From Promethearchaeota archaeon (GTDB lineage Archaea; Asgardarchaeota; Lokiarchaeia; Sigyniarchaeales; SOKP01), in the NCBI GenBank assembly GCA_019058245.1, contig JAHPZJ010000013.1, forward strand, positions 9,166 through 73,165: 64,000 bases of DNA, in the 5' to 3' direction. A model generated the notes under the pieces. It ran no database searches. It saw nothing but the letters and a program-made list of their open reading frames with translations, and was not told the origin of the DNA. Made by a program: the position numbers and the translations under genes. This document shows positions 9,223 through 18,945 of this stretch, one piece after another (the stretch's first letter is position 1; every line of letters starts with the position of its first letter).

Positions 9223-10485
9223 TTAACTTAAGAAAATATCTTTAAATTCTTCGGGTACTTCTGCATCTTCATCCATTAAAGACAATGCATATACAGTTTC
9301 TCCACATTTGCATTGTTCTCCTTCAAATAAGTAAAATTTGAATTGATCTTTCCAGTTGCATATTTGTACATTTTCAATCTTTACAATTTCACCACATATA
9401 CAATATATTGCTATTGTTTTGGAATAGTCAGGTATTATAGTTGTAAAATCATTTGAAGCCTTACTAAATTCAGATTTATTCAACATTTTATTGATATCTT
9501 CTGCTAGATTATCTTTAAGAGTAGGTACAAAATTATTAATTATCCCATTCTTTCCTTTCATTTCTGTGAGAACAACGAAATTTTTTTCTAATTTTTCTGC
9601 TTTTCTTATTTCTGGGAGTAGAGGTTCCTGAAATTGCAAAAGTTCCTGAGGTATTGGAAATGGTTCTACTCCTTCGGGATATTCGAAGGTATAAAAATAT
9701 TGCATCATACCTTTTATATTCTTTTGATTTATTAATCTTAAATGATCATAATCTCTACTATAAAGCATAAATTTAATCAATTGCAATGGCACCTTTATCT
9801 CTAAAAGTCTTGCTCTGACATTGTCTAATACTTCTCCAGTAAAATTTTTCAAAACCATTATATCTGCTCGATTTTCAGTATATATCTGATTTTTATTTTG
9901 TTCTTTAAATTCAAACCAATTCTTAACAATTCTCCCTCTGATTAATTGTGGTGCCATACAAAATACACATAATACTGGAAGCAAAAAGAAAGATATTTGT
10001 GTCCAAATGAAAGAAACAACTAGTAGTGCAATCATAGGTATAGTAAGATAAAAAGTAAGATTTCGCAAGCGTTTATCCATAGATCCCTTTACTCCTTTAC
10101 TAATGGCTATTTCTTCTGCTCTACCCTTTAATTTATGAACTGTATCTAGAATCTTTTTTGACTCGAAACTCTGCTTTAAAAGACGATCCTCCTCCCTTTT
10201 TTCACTAAAATCCTCCATAGGGGTTGTTATTTGTTTAATATACCGATTTAAAGTACTATCCTTGAAGATGAAATCTAGAGTCTCTTCTGTAAAGTAATCT
10301 AAAAAACGTACCATAAAAAGTTTCTTCTCAACATCTTGAATTTCTGTCGGACCTAAACCAAGTGCTTCTTGAATAATTTGACCTTGGGTTTTTCTTACTC
10401 TCTTCTCTGATTTTTTCTTTTCTTCTTCTTCTTGTTTATATGGACTCTCAGATTTTTTTGTTTTATCATTTTCAATGTCATTCAT
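9223..10485 (-). CDS. Hypothetical protein with 2 TM helices and a C-terminal CxC...CxC putative zinc finger
   Basis: 420-aa ORF; hydrophobic hairpin; YCICGE and QCKCGE. Confidence 0.6.
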   Translation of the reverse strand: MNDIENDKTKKSESPYKQEEEEKKKSEKRVRKTQGQIIQEALGLGPTEIQDVEKKLFMVRFLDYFTEETLDFIFKDSTLNRYIKQITTPMEDFSEKREEDRLLKQSFESKKILDTVHKLKGRAEEIAISKGVKGSMDKRLRNLTFYLTIPMIALLVVSFIWTQISFFLLPVLCVFCMAPQLIRGRIVKNWFEFKEQNKNQIYTENRADIMVLKNFTGEVLDNVRARLLEIKVPLQLIKFMLYSRDYDHLRLINQKNIKGMMQYFYTFEYPEGVEPFPIPQELLQFQEPLLPEIRKAEKLEKNFVVLTEMKGKNGIINNFVPTLKDNLAEDINKMLNKSEFSKASNDFTTIIPDYSKTIAIYCICGEIVKIENVQICNWKDQFKFYLFEGEQCKCGETVYALSLMDEDAEVPEEFKDIFLS

Positions 10486-10696
10486 AATGTTTACGAAAAT
10501 AAGTGTTTTTATTTATAACCTAGGAAATTCTTGAAAGATAATTAACTTTTGTAAAAATAATAAGTATCAAAAAATAAACTCAAAAATAATAAGATGAATA
10601 TAGTTGTCAGTTTAAAATTATCTTAATTGTGTATAAAATTGTATTTTAATAAAATTTTAAGCTGTAAAAAATAAATTAAAAAGAAAAAGTATAGTG

Positions 10697-10933
10697 TTAG
10701 GCTAAATTTACAACTTGTTTTACTTCTGGAACAAATTGTTTTATCGCTCTTTCTACACCATAAGTTAAGGTTTGTTGAGCATGCATACAACCCGCACAAT
10801 GCCCAAGTAATTTTACTTTTACGGTACCATCATCTTCTATACTAATAAGTTCTATATCGCCGCCATCCATTTGTAATTGAGGCCTAATTTTTTCAATAAC
10901 TTGTTTTATTTTTTCTTTGTCCATAACTTTCAC
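10697..10933 (-). CDS. NifU-C/Nfu family Fe-S carrier protein (start may be ATG 10924)
   Basis: IRPQLQMDGGDIEL...GHCAGC. Confidence 0.92.
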   Translation of the reverse strand: MKVMDKEKIKQVIEKIRPQLQMDGGDIELISIEDDGTVKVKLLGHCAGCMHAQQTLTYGVERAIKQFVPEVKQVVNLA

Positions 10934-11160
10934 TTAGTAATGATTTTTATATTCTTTAATACAAAAAAGGTGAATAACCTTTTAAAGGATTCTTTTTATA
11001 TTTTATTAATTTTTCTATATTTCAGTTAATTCTAACAAGGAGTTTTAGTTTAATTTCTTTTAGGAACTAAGTTAAGTTATCTAATAGAAAAAATATTATT
11101 AAATTAAGAATTTACTCAATAAATAAATTGAAAATAAAAATAATTAAAAACTGATAAGAT

Positions 11161-11538
11161 ATGGAAAGTCAAGATTTTCTGAAACAACTCAGCCGTGTCC
11201 AAGAATTAATGCAGAATGAAAAGTATAAAGAAGCAATCTCGATTATTGAAAAATTAAAGCAAATTGAATCACAGGGAGATTTTGATTACAATCTCACACA
11301 TAAATTATATCAGTTAGATTCCAATGCTCATTCCCTATTTAATCAACAAAAAATTCTTGAGCTTATCACTAACCTTTCTATAAGTAATAACTCGATAAGT
11401 TTCCAAGAACTTAATCAACTTCTTAAAGAAAGAAGTGAAATAATTCTTAGTGATGATATTATTCAAAGAGAAGTTGAATTATTAATACTACGAAATCTAA
11501 TCTCCTATAAAGTTGAAGGAAATAAACTCGTATTTTAG
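11161..11538 (+). CDS. Hypothetical protein: helical repeat plus winged helix (PCI-like)
   Basis: ISFQELNQLL...EVELLILRNLISYKVEGNKL resembles a PCI winged helix. Confidence 0.5.
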   Translation: MESQDFLKQLSRVQELMQNEKYKEAISIIEKLKQIESQGDFDYNLTHKLYQLDSNAHSLFNQQKILELITNLSISNNSISFQELNQLLKERSEIILSDDIIQREVELLILRNLISYKVEGNKLVF

Positions 11539-11654
11539 ATATCCACTAAGATAATTTTTTTGACCTGAGTGAAGTCTTTTTTTTGATTAGAAAAAAAACA
11601 TGGTTTTTTTAAAGTTATTTTAAAATTAACAATTAAAAGGATGTTGAGATTAGA

Positions 11655-12248
11655 GTGATAGTAGACTATTTGGCAAAGACTTTAAGTATTAAAATTGTCT
11701 ATTTTGGACCGGCAATGTCAGGAAAAACCACATCTATAAAATCTCTGTTTTCTCAATTTGGAAAAGAAGAGGAACTGTGTAGTATTGAAAGTACTGTCGA
11801 GAGAACCTTATTTTTTGATTATGGCACTGTTACGTTTAAAAATCAAGAATGGAAACTAAAAATACATATTTATACTACAACAGGTCAAGATTTTTATTTT
11901 GTTACACGACCTATTACTTTAAGAGCTGTAGATGGTGTAATCTTTGTTATAGATTCTAATGAGGAAGTTTATGAAAGAAATCTAATATCTTGGAATGAAT
12001 TAATTTCATATTTCGAGGAATCAATTGATAGTCTTCCGATAATTATTACATTTAATAAACAAGATTTAGAATATAAGTTCAATCCTGTAGATTTCCTTAA
12101 AGAAATAAGATACCAAAAATTTATGAATATTGGTACAAGATATACAAGTGCCTTAAAGGGAGAGGGAATATTAGAGAGTTTTGAGGATATTTTAAGGCAA
12201 ATTTTAAAAAAATACTATAACCATAAAATAGTTACAGCTATAAACTGA
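11655..12248 (+). CDS. MglA-like small GTPase
   Basis: KIVYFGPAMSGKTT, RTLFFD, TTGQ, NKQD, SAL. Confidence 0.9.
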   Translation: MIVDYLAKTLSIKIVYFGPAMSGKTTSIKSLFSQFGKEEELCSIESTVERTLFFDYGTVTFKNQEWKLKIHIYTTTGQDFYFVTRPITLRAVDGVIFVIDSNEEVYERNLISWNELISYFEESIDSLPIIITFNKQDLEYKFNPVDFLKEIRYQKFMNIGTRYTSALKGEGILESFEDILRQILKKYYNHKIVTAIN

Positions 12249-12250
12249 AT

Positions 12251-13471
12251 TTAAAAAAAGCTTGTTTCTGTAACTGGAGATTGTATTCTAATCCGTTGTT
12301 GACTATTATCTTCAAAAATTGATATAAGTGCGGTAATATTTTGTTTTGACTCATATATAATTTCTTTCTCTTCTCCACTTTTCCATGTATTAAAACCAAT
12401 CAAGCTTGAAGCAGTTTCAAACAGACCTTCTTGAAGTCCTGAGATTACAATCGTGACTCCATGTAGATCTTCTTTTGAGATATTTTTTATCTTTAAGATA
12501 TATTTATCGATGTCAGAATCAATAGACAATACCTTATAGGTTTTTTGGAATTTTGAAATACCATCAAATAAGGATGATGCTCCGGCAGTTCCCTCTGAAA
12601 ATAAATCGATGTCAGTTTTTTCTGTTGATAATGGACCAGATGAGATAGTTATAGGAACTTCAAGTTTGATAGGTTCCAATCCATATTCTGGTTTTTTCTT
12701 TCCAATTACCAATAAGCTCCACTTTGTATATGCACCATATCTAAAACCAAATTGCTCTTTTTCAGATGGTGACCATAAATAATTGTGGCTTGGTTCAGCT
12801 ACTTCAGGAACTTTTAAAAGTAAAAATTCTTTGTCAAAATTCTGTGTTTTTGCATCTCCTGCAATTGCCGGAGGAAGTTCCTCAACTTTACTACAATTAT
12901 CCCCATAAGCCTCACAATAACAAACCAAGTTTGAATTTTGGAGTAATCTAATTTCGATTTGTTTGAGTTCTTCTGAAGAATAGCCAACTTTAATAGTTTC
13001 TCCTGGTTTATAAACATCTTTAGTAAGTAGAATATTAAGTCCAGATATTGAAAATGAGATAGGTTTTGGTATTTTTGCTTGAAGTCCAGAGTTTCTGGCT
13101 TTTATCTCAATATTATGAGTCTTATTAATAACTAAATCTTCCTCTGGATTGATTGGATTTGGTTGCCTTAAAATTAATTTTAAAAAATACTTGAGATTTC
13201 GATTTTTTATAGTAGGAACGATGTTACTCTTAATTAAAAGTGATTTTTCACGTATATATTTTCCAGCTTCAAAAGTACCCTTGCTAAAGATCTCTTCTTT
13301 AGAAACTTGAAGTTCCTTGGCACAAGGCGGATTGGTAATTAATCTAATCCCACTCCAAAGAATATCTATCTTTTCTTCAAATTTAAAATTGACCCGTATA
13401 TTCAGTTTATCTCCTATAAATACACTTCCTTTATTTAAATCTGTTAGTTCTAAGTTGACCAATCCAAACAA
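12251..13471 (-). CDS. Arrestin/Vps26-like fold protein (putative)
   Basis: Two beta-sandwich-like modules starting GSVFIGDKLNIRV and KDVYKPGETIKV; YFLKLIL and LEVPITI end strands. Confidence 0.5.
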   Translation of the reverse strand: MFGLVNLELTDLNKGSVFIGDKLNIRVNFKFEEKIDILWSGIRLITNPPCAKELQVSKEEIFSKGTFEAGKYIREKSLLIKSNIVPTIKNRNLKYFLKLILRQPNPINPEEDLVINKTHNIEIKARNSGLQAKIPKPISFSISGLNILLTKDVYKPGETIKVGYSSEELKQIEIRLLQNSNLVCYCEAYGDNCSKVEELPPAIAGDAKTQNFDKEFLLLKVPEVAEPSHNYLWSPSEKEQFGFRYGAYTKWSLLVIGKKKPEYGLEPIKLEVPITISSGPLSTEKTDIDLFSEGTAGASSLFDGISKFQKTYKVLSIDSDIDKYILKIKNISKEDLHGVTIVISGLQEGLFETASSLIGFNTWKSGEEKEIIYESKQNITALISIFEDNSQQRIRIQSPVTETSFF

Positions 13472-13692
13472 ACATCAAGATATTATTCTATTAATTTTAT
13501 AAAAAGATTGAATTTTATAAAAACTTTTTATTATTAAATAAGAAGTATGGAAATTACTATTTTCTCTATTAATAGAATAAAGTTTGTTCAAGAATGTCAA
13601 TATTTTTAGCAGTAGTAAAATTCTAAATCGTAAATAATTTGAATCAATTTTAATTACCTCATCTAAGATCAATTATAATATAAAATTATGCA

Positions 13693-14409
13693 ATGAGAGA
13701 TAAACGGAACAGTAATATCAAAGCTATATTATTTGATCTCGATGGAACATTATTAGATGTTGAATTAGATAAATTTATTTCTCAATATTTTGAACTGTTG
13801 GCTCAGAGTATAGCTCATATAATTCCTCCTAAGAAATTTATTTCTAAAATTATTAAGGCGTCAAAGGCAATAGAAGAAAGTAATGGGAAACATCTTAATG
13901 ATGACATATATTCTAAAGTATGTTTTCCTTTAGAGGGATATTCACGAAAAGAAATTCAACCATTTCTTGATAAATTTTACGAAAATGATTTTTCAAAACT
14001 ACGTAAATGGACTAAAAGAAAACCAGAAGCTAGAGACGTAGTTCAAACTGTCTTTGACAAAGGGTATGATGTTGTAATTGCAACAACACCTCTTCTTCCA
14101 GCAACTGCTATAGAACAACGTTTAGAATGGGCAGGAGTAGCAGATTTTCCTTATCGTTTAATAACTACAATCGAAAATAGCCATGCTACCAAATCATTAA
14201 CCCATTTACTTTATTATGATCAAATTTTAGATAAAATTGGATATCCCCCAGAAGCCTGTTTAATGGTTGGTGATGAGGATAAGGACATGATTGCCAAACG
14301 GTTAGGGGTAAAAACTTTTTTAATAACAGGAAGAAATAAAGAATTAAGTCCAAATATACCAGAACCTACTTATAAGGGTTCATTATATGAATTAAAATCT
14401 TTAATTTAA
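13693..14409 (+). CDS. HAD-superfamily hydrolase
   Basis: ILFDLDGTLLD; MVGDEDKD. Confidence 0.9.
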   Translation: MRDKRNSNIKAILFDLDGTLLDVELDKFISQYFELLAQSIAHIIPPKKFISKIIKASKAIEESNGKHLNDDIYSKVCFPLEGYSRKEIQPFLDKFYENDFSKLRKWTKRKPEARDVVQTVFDKGYDVVIATTPLLPATAIEQRLEWAGVADFPYRLITTIENSHATKSLTHLLYYDQILDKIGYPPEACLMVGDEDKDMIAKRLGVKTFLITGRNKELSPNIPEPTYKGSLYELKSLI

Positions 14410-14724
14410 TGTGTGTTTATCATTTTCATTTTTCAAAGTATAAGTAGGGTAATTCACCTTATATAGTAGTAGAGGAAGCCCTTTTACTTTTATCCTGCTA
14501 AGATATTCTATGTATAAATAAAAATCTTTATTTTTATCAATAGAGGAGTGTATTGATATATTTTATTGACTAAGGCATCTTTTACACTATATTCTTCATT
14601 TTTCTATATATCATAAAAGTTAAGATTAAATACAAAATCTATTATAATCTTTATCAAGAAAAAATCAATTCTTTTGTAAGTATAATCCATTTTTACATAT
14701 AATACATTATTATGGTGACCTTAT

Positions 14725-15573
14725 TTGAATGCTATTGTTTATTTTAGCCTGATAATAATGCTTTTTGTACGTTCAATTGGATTGGGAACCTCTGTTAACT
14801 TTTATTATGATTTAAGGAATAAGAATTATTTATATTTGATTGTTGCATGGATATTTGCAATTATAGGCAATATTTTACCTCTAATATTAGAATTTATTTT
14901 AAATAGCTTTCTTTTAGAACTCATTTTAGTATTGAATGCTCTTTTAATCTCACTTAGCTTGATCTTAATAATGATCGGTATATTTTCCTTCTTTCTTGCA
15001 ATAAAACCTTTATATATCATTTTAAGTTGTGTAGCTATTATATTTAATTTGATATTAATATTTATTTTTTTAGATTATAATATTTCAATATCATTTTCAG
15101 TCATAATCATGAATTCAGTAATTTTAATTGCTTTTATTGTTCCTTTATTCAAATTTAAAAAATTTAAGAAAATTGTCGACAAGAGTATAAGATGGTATTA
15201 TGTAGGTTTTATAACTCTTTTTTGTTTTCTGCCAATTTCATTCTATATTATGATTCAAGGCTATGGTTATGGACTTTATTTTGTAAATGATATTTTGTTT
15301 ATTATTTTGAATTATATTATTGGTATTGTTAATTATTTTCTTCTAATTGTTCTTCTTATTCACTTAGAATACACTATATCGACTAATAACCAGAATCAAT
15401 TGAAAGATAAATTTTCTCATAACCTGGGAAATATTATGCAAGTAATTTATAGCTCTGCCGATCTTTTTAAAAACATTTCAGGAACAGAGAATTTAGATGA
15501 GGAAAATCTGGACTTAATAGAAAGGAAATGCAGAGAAGCCTCTAAGTTAATAAATGAAATAAGAAGACTCTAG
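14725..15573 (+). CDS. Multi-TM sensor with a HisKA-like H-box helix but no ATPase domain
   Basis: About 7 TM helices, then FSHNLGNIMQVIYSSADL; the ORF ends right after the helical hairpin; GGTGA is 6 nt before the TTG start. Confidence 0.65.
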   Translation: MNAIVYFSLIIMLFVRSIGLGTSVNFYYDLRNKNYLYLIVAWIFAIIGNILPLILEFILNSFLLELILVLNALLISLSLILIMIGIFSFFLAIKPLYIILSCVAIIFNLILIFIFLDYNISISFSVIIMNSVILIAFIVPLFKFKKFKKIVDKSIRWYYVGFITLFCFLPISFYIMIQGYGYGLYFVNDILFIILNYIIGIVNYFLLIVLLIHLEYTISTNNQNQLKDKFSHNLGNIMQVIYSSADLFKNISGTENLDEENLDLIERKCREASKLINEIRRL

Positions 15574-15602
15574 AAATTGAGCATAATGTAAAAATATGAG
15601 GG

Positions 15603-15989
15603 ATTACATTCGCTAAGATCTTAATTGTTGACGATGATATAGATATTGTTAATCTTTTTGAACGCTTCTTAAAAATGGAAGGACATGAAATAGTCGGTAA
15701 AGCTTTAAATGGTGAACAAGCATTAGAACTTTATAAAAGTATTAATAATGCTCCAGACATTATTCTAATGGATCATAGAATGCCTTCTAAAGATGGTTTA
15801 GAAACAACAAAAGAAATTCTCTATATCAATCCACATTCTAAGATCATTTTTATAAGTGCTGATGATGGTGTCAGAGAAAACGCCTTAAAAGTAGGTGCAG
15901 TTGATTTTTTACAAAAACCTATAGACTTTAAAACCTTATTTAAGAGAATAGAAAATATATCTAAGAATCATACATGGGAAACCATATGA
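15603..15989 (+). CDS. Stand-alone response regulator receiver (CheY-like); true start is upstream of the ORF-track ATG
   Basis: In-frame AKILIVDDD upstream of ATG 15675; PDIILMDHRMP, FISA, FLQKP; only ATT 15603 is available after TGA 15597. Confidence 0.85.
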   Translation: MTFAKILIVDDDIDIVNLFERFLKMEGHEIVGKALNGEQALELYKSINNAPDIILMDHRMPSKDGLETTKEILYINPHSKIIFISADDGVRENALKVGAVDFLQKPIDFKTLFKRIENISKNHTWETI

Positions 15990-16132
15990 AATAATAATTC
16001 ATTTTAAGAGTCATCTGATCTCTATAACTTAAATATACTGATTTTTTTGAAGATGATTATAAAGTTAGAATTATGATTTACAATCATAAGATATTAATTT
16101 TTTTAAACAACCTATCGATTTCTATAGTAAAT

Positions 16133-16717
16133 TTAGAATTTCATCTTTTTTATCTCAGTATATCTAAAGCAATCTATTATATGATCATTTACCATTCCAA
16201 TTGCTTGCATAAAAGCATAGCAAATTGCAGGACCTACAAATTTAAATCCTCTTTTCTTTAAATCTTTACTCATTTGCTCCGAGATTTCATTTTTGGAAGG
16301 CAATTCTGAAAGATCTTTAAATTTATTGTCAATTCTTTCATGATTAACAAATTTCCAAATATAATTATCAAAAGATCCAAATGTTTTTTGAACATTTAGG
16401 AACACTTTAGCATTAGAAATAAATGCCTCAATTTTGCGCCTATTTCTAATTATCCCTTCATCATTCATTAGATTTTCGACCTTTTCCTCAGAATATTTTG
16501 CAATTTTATGATAATCAAAATTATCAAGAGCTTTTCTGAAATTCTCTCGCTTTTGTAGAATTGTACTCCAACTTAAACCAGCCTGAGCACCTTCTAAAAT
16601 TAAAAACTCAAAAATAAGATGATCATCATGAATCGGAGTACCCCATTCTTTATCATGATATTCTCTCATCTGTGGATCATGATTCGCCCATGCACACCTT
16701 TTTAAAGTTCTAACCAT
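16133..16717 (-). CDS. tag: DNA-3-methyladenine glycosylase I
   Basis: RCAW...YHDKEWG, LEGAQAGLSW, IIRNRRKI, GMVNDHIIDC. Confidence 0.95.
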   Translation of the reverse strand: MVRTLKRCAWANHDPQMREYHDKEWGTPIHDDHLIFEFLILEGAQAGLSWSTILQKRENFRKALDNFDYHKIAKYSEEKVENLMNDEGIIRNRRKIEAFISNAKVFLNVQKTFGSFDNYIWKFVNHERIDNKFKDLSELPSKNEISEQMSKDLKKRGFKFVGPAICYAFMQAIGMVNDHIIDCFRYTEIKKMKF

Positions 16718-16797
16718 GTTTCTTTAATGTAAAATATTTTTTACTTAGAAATCTGAATAATTCTATATGATGAATTTAAAATTTAAAGAAAAAAAAT

Positions 16798-17685
16798 TTA
16801 GTTGTATGGTTTTGCGGCATTTTCCGTAATTGCATTTATAACCTTTGACCATATTTTCACAGGTAAACTATGACCCATTCCTTCAATAAGAAGTAATTTT
16901 GCTCCTGGTATAGCTTCTGCAGTATCTTTTCCACCCTCTACAGGTACTAAAGGATCAATTTCTCCATGAATTATAAGAGTAGGAGCGGATATTGTTTTCA
17001 ATGCTTCTTTTCGATTACCACTACCCCATATAGCCGCTAATTGACGTGAAAAGCCTTCTCGATAGTATGAACGATCATAATCAGCAATAGCTAATTTTCG
17101 TGCCCTTTCTTCGTCAAAAGGTAGTCCTGATCCATGAATAACTCGTCGATTTTTCACCGTTGCTTCAATAATTGCTTCACGACCCTGAGGTGGAGGGGTT
17201 AATAATACTTGCATTGCCTCTGGTTTTGGAGGGGGTAAATTAGGATTACCAGTACTACTCATAATAGAAGTAAGAGATAAAACTCGAGAAGGGTGTTTAT
17301 ATGCAATAACTTGAGCAATCATTCCTCCCATAGATGCTCCACATATATGAGCTTTATCTATATTAAGTGCTGTTAAAAGTCCAACTGCATCATCTGCCAT
17401 ATCTTCTACTGTATATGGTACTGATATTGGTTCTCCTTTTTCTCTTTGCACGAAAAGTTTTTGTAGATTAGGTACTCCGGCTTCTTCAATTTTAGTGGAT
17501 AATCCAACATCTCGATTATCAAATCGGATTACAAAAAAGTCTTGTTCTACGAGTTTTTTGCAGAATTCTTCATCCCACCTAATCATTTGACTTCCTAATC
17601 CCATAATCAACAATAAAGGTTTTGATGAGGGATCTCCAAAAGTATCGTATTCAAGTTCGATATTATTTACTTTTGTCTTAGGCAT
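16798..17685 (-). CDS. Alpha/beta hydrolase (esterase/lipase family)
   Basis: RFDNRDVGLS, GASMGG, HGEIDPLVP, GMGH. Confidence 0.9.
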   Translation of the reverse strand: MPKTKVNNIELEYDTFGDPSSKPLLLIMGLGSQMIRWDEEFCKKLVEQDFFVIRFDNRDVGLSTKIEEAGVPNLQKLFVQREKGEPISVPYTVEDMADDAVGLLTALNIDKAHICGASMGGMIAQVIAYKHPSRVLSLTSIMSSTGNPNLPPPKPEAMQVLLTPPPQGREAIIEATVKNRRVIHGSGLPFDEERARKLAIADYDRSYYREGFSRQLAAIWGSGNRKEALKTISAPTLIIHGEIDPLVPVEGGKDTAEAIPGAKLLLIEGMGHSLPVKIWSKVINAITENAAKPYN

Positions 17686-17954
17686 ATTTTTACCTCAGAT
17701 TATACTCTTTTTTTTTTTATTTGAGATTTTTATGAATCTCCAAATTTACAAAAGCTAATAAAAATATCGTAAAAAAATTCAAAAATTAGAATAAATGCGA
17801 GATATATAGTGTCTGTGTCGGATTATTCTATTTATCTCATATGTTAAATTAAACATCTATTTCTACTTAGTGTTAAGATATCTTAAAAATGGAACTCAAA
17901 AGTTATCTTTATTTTAAAAAAATAGAAAGAGTAAAAAAAGTATTAATTAATGTT

Positions 17955-18863
17955 TTAATCTGTATGTGCTGAAATAATTAGATCAGCAAATAGTTTCATA
18001 TCATTAAGGAGCATGTTTAATTTATCTTGAGATTCTCTGCTTAATTCAGCTTGCTTCATTATGAGTACAGATATTATGTACTTAAAGATATGTAATTCAA
18101 TTTCCTTACCATCTTCATCTCGTCCTGAAAATCGTGCAGAGTCAGCCATAAAAATGTTTTCCCTTACAGTATTACATGCATTAATAAAATCTCGTAAGTC
18201 ACCGCGTAATGTTAAACCACTACTAACTCCTTGGACATTATGAACTATAACATTCCCTGATATATCCGCGATAATAACTTTTGCTTTAATTTCATCAAGT
18301 TGTTTTTCTGCTTTTTCTACATGTTTCTTCAATTCAGCATATTCTGAAATCAAAACATCTCTAAATACTTTTGCTAATTTGTCTTCTTCATAAATACTGG
18401 TGAGCATATAGTCGAAATCATAATCTTTAAAAATATCTAAGAAGATTTCTTTTGCGTTCTTCACGTTTGTATCAAGGAGCTCTTTCTGATAATCCTCGGT
18501 GTCATATTTATGTAAGAACAAGAAAATCTTCGGTTTTTCATTATTTTTTCGATATAAATCTAATAAATTTATGAAATAATCTTTTGCTTCTTGAAATGTA
18601 TTAGGGTCATGTAAATCGACGATAGGGATAAGAATATCTGTTCCTCGAAAAACTTCAGGTTTATCCATATATTCTTTCCTGAATTCCTCTTGTCCACCGA
18701 AATCAAAAATTCCGACTTGTAAGCCTAAAAAAGGATGTCTTCTCGTTTCATAAAGAATTGTGGGTGCTAAACCTTTAGTGTCTTCTGGTTTTTTAGCTGC
18801 AAAAGCAACAGAATAAACTGATGTCTTTCCACAGCCCGAAAGTCCTACTAATGAAATTTTCGT
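17955..18863 (-). CDS. Rag/Gtr-like small GTPase with C-terminal roadblock/longin-like domain; ACG start
   Basis: Upstream in-frame extension restores the P-loop GLSGCGKTS, switch I PT and DFGGQ; HKYD, TSIY; C-terminal VIIADISGNVIVH. Confidence 0.8.
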   Translation of the reverse strand, partial: TKISLVGLSGCGKTSVYSVAFAAKKPEDTKGLAPTILYETRRHPFLGLQVGIFDFGGQEEFRKEYMDKPEVFRGTDILIPIVDLHDPNTFQEAKDYFINLLDLYRKNNEKPKIFLFLHKYDTEDYQKELLDTNVKNAKEIFLDIFKDYDFDYMLTSIYEEDKLAKVFRDVLISEYAELKKHVEKAEKQLDEIKAKVIIADISGNVIVHNVQGVSSGLTLRGDLRDFINACNTVRENIFMADSARFSGRDEDGKEIELHIFKYIISVLIMKQAELSRESQDKLNMLLNDMKLFADLIISAHTD

Positions 18864-18945
18864 ACAATTTCACCTTTTTACTTTTTAATGCTTTTTATAA
18901 TATATTATATCATTTAACTTTTTTAATAAAATTTGAGTTAGATTT

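Noticed and set aside
13475-13672. 65-aa minus-strand ORF
   Set aside because: AT-rich divergent promoter region; the composition looks non-coding.
15597-15599. Sec readthrough of the TGA upstream of the receiver domain
   Set aside because: No in-frame start upstream, not a Cys position, and no SECIS-like hairpin seen after the gene.
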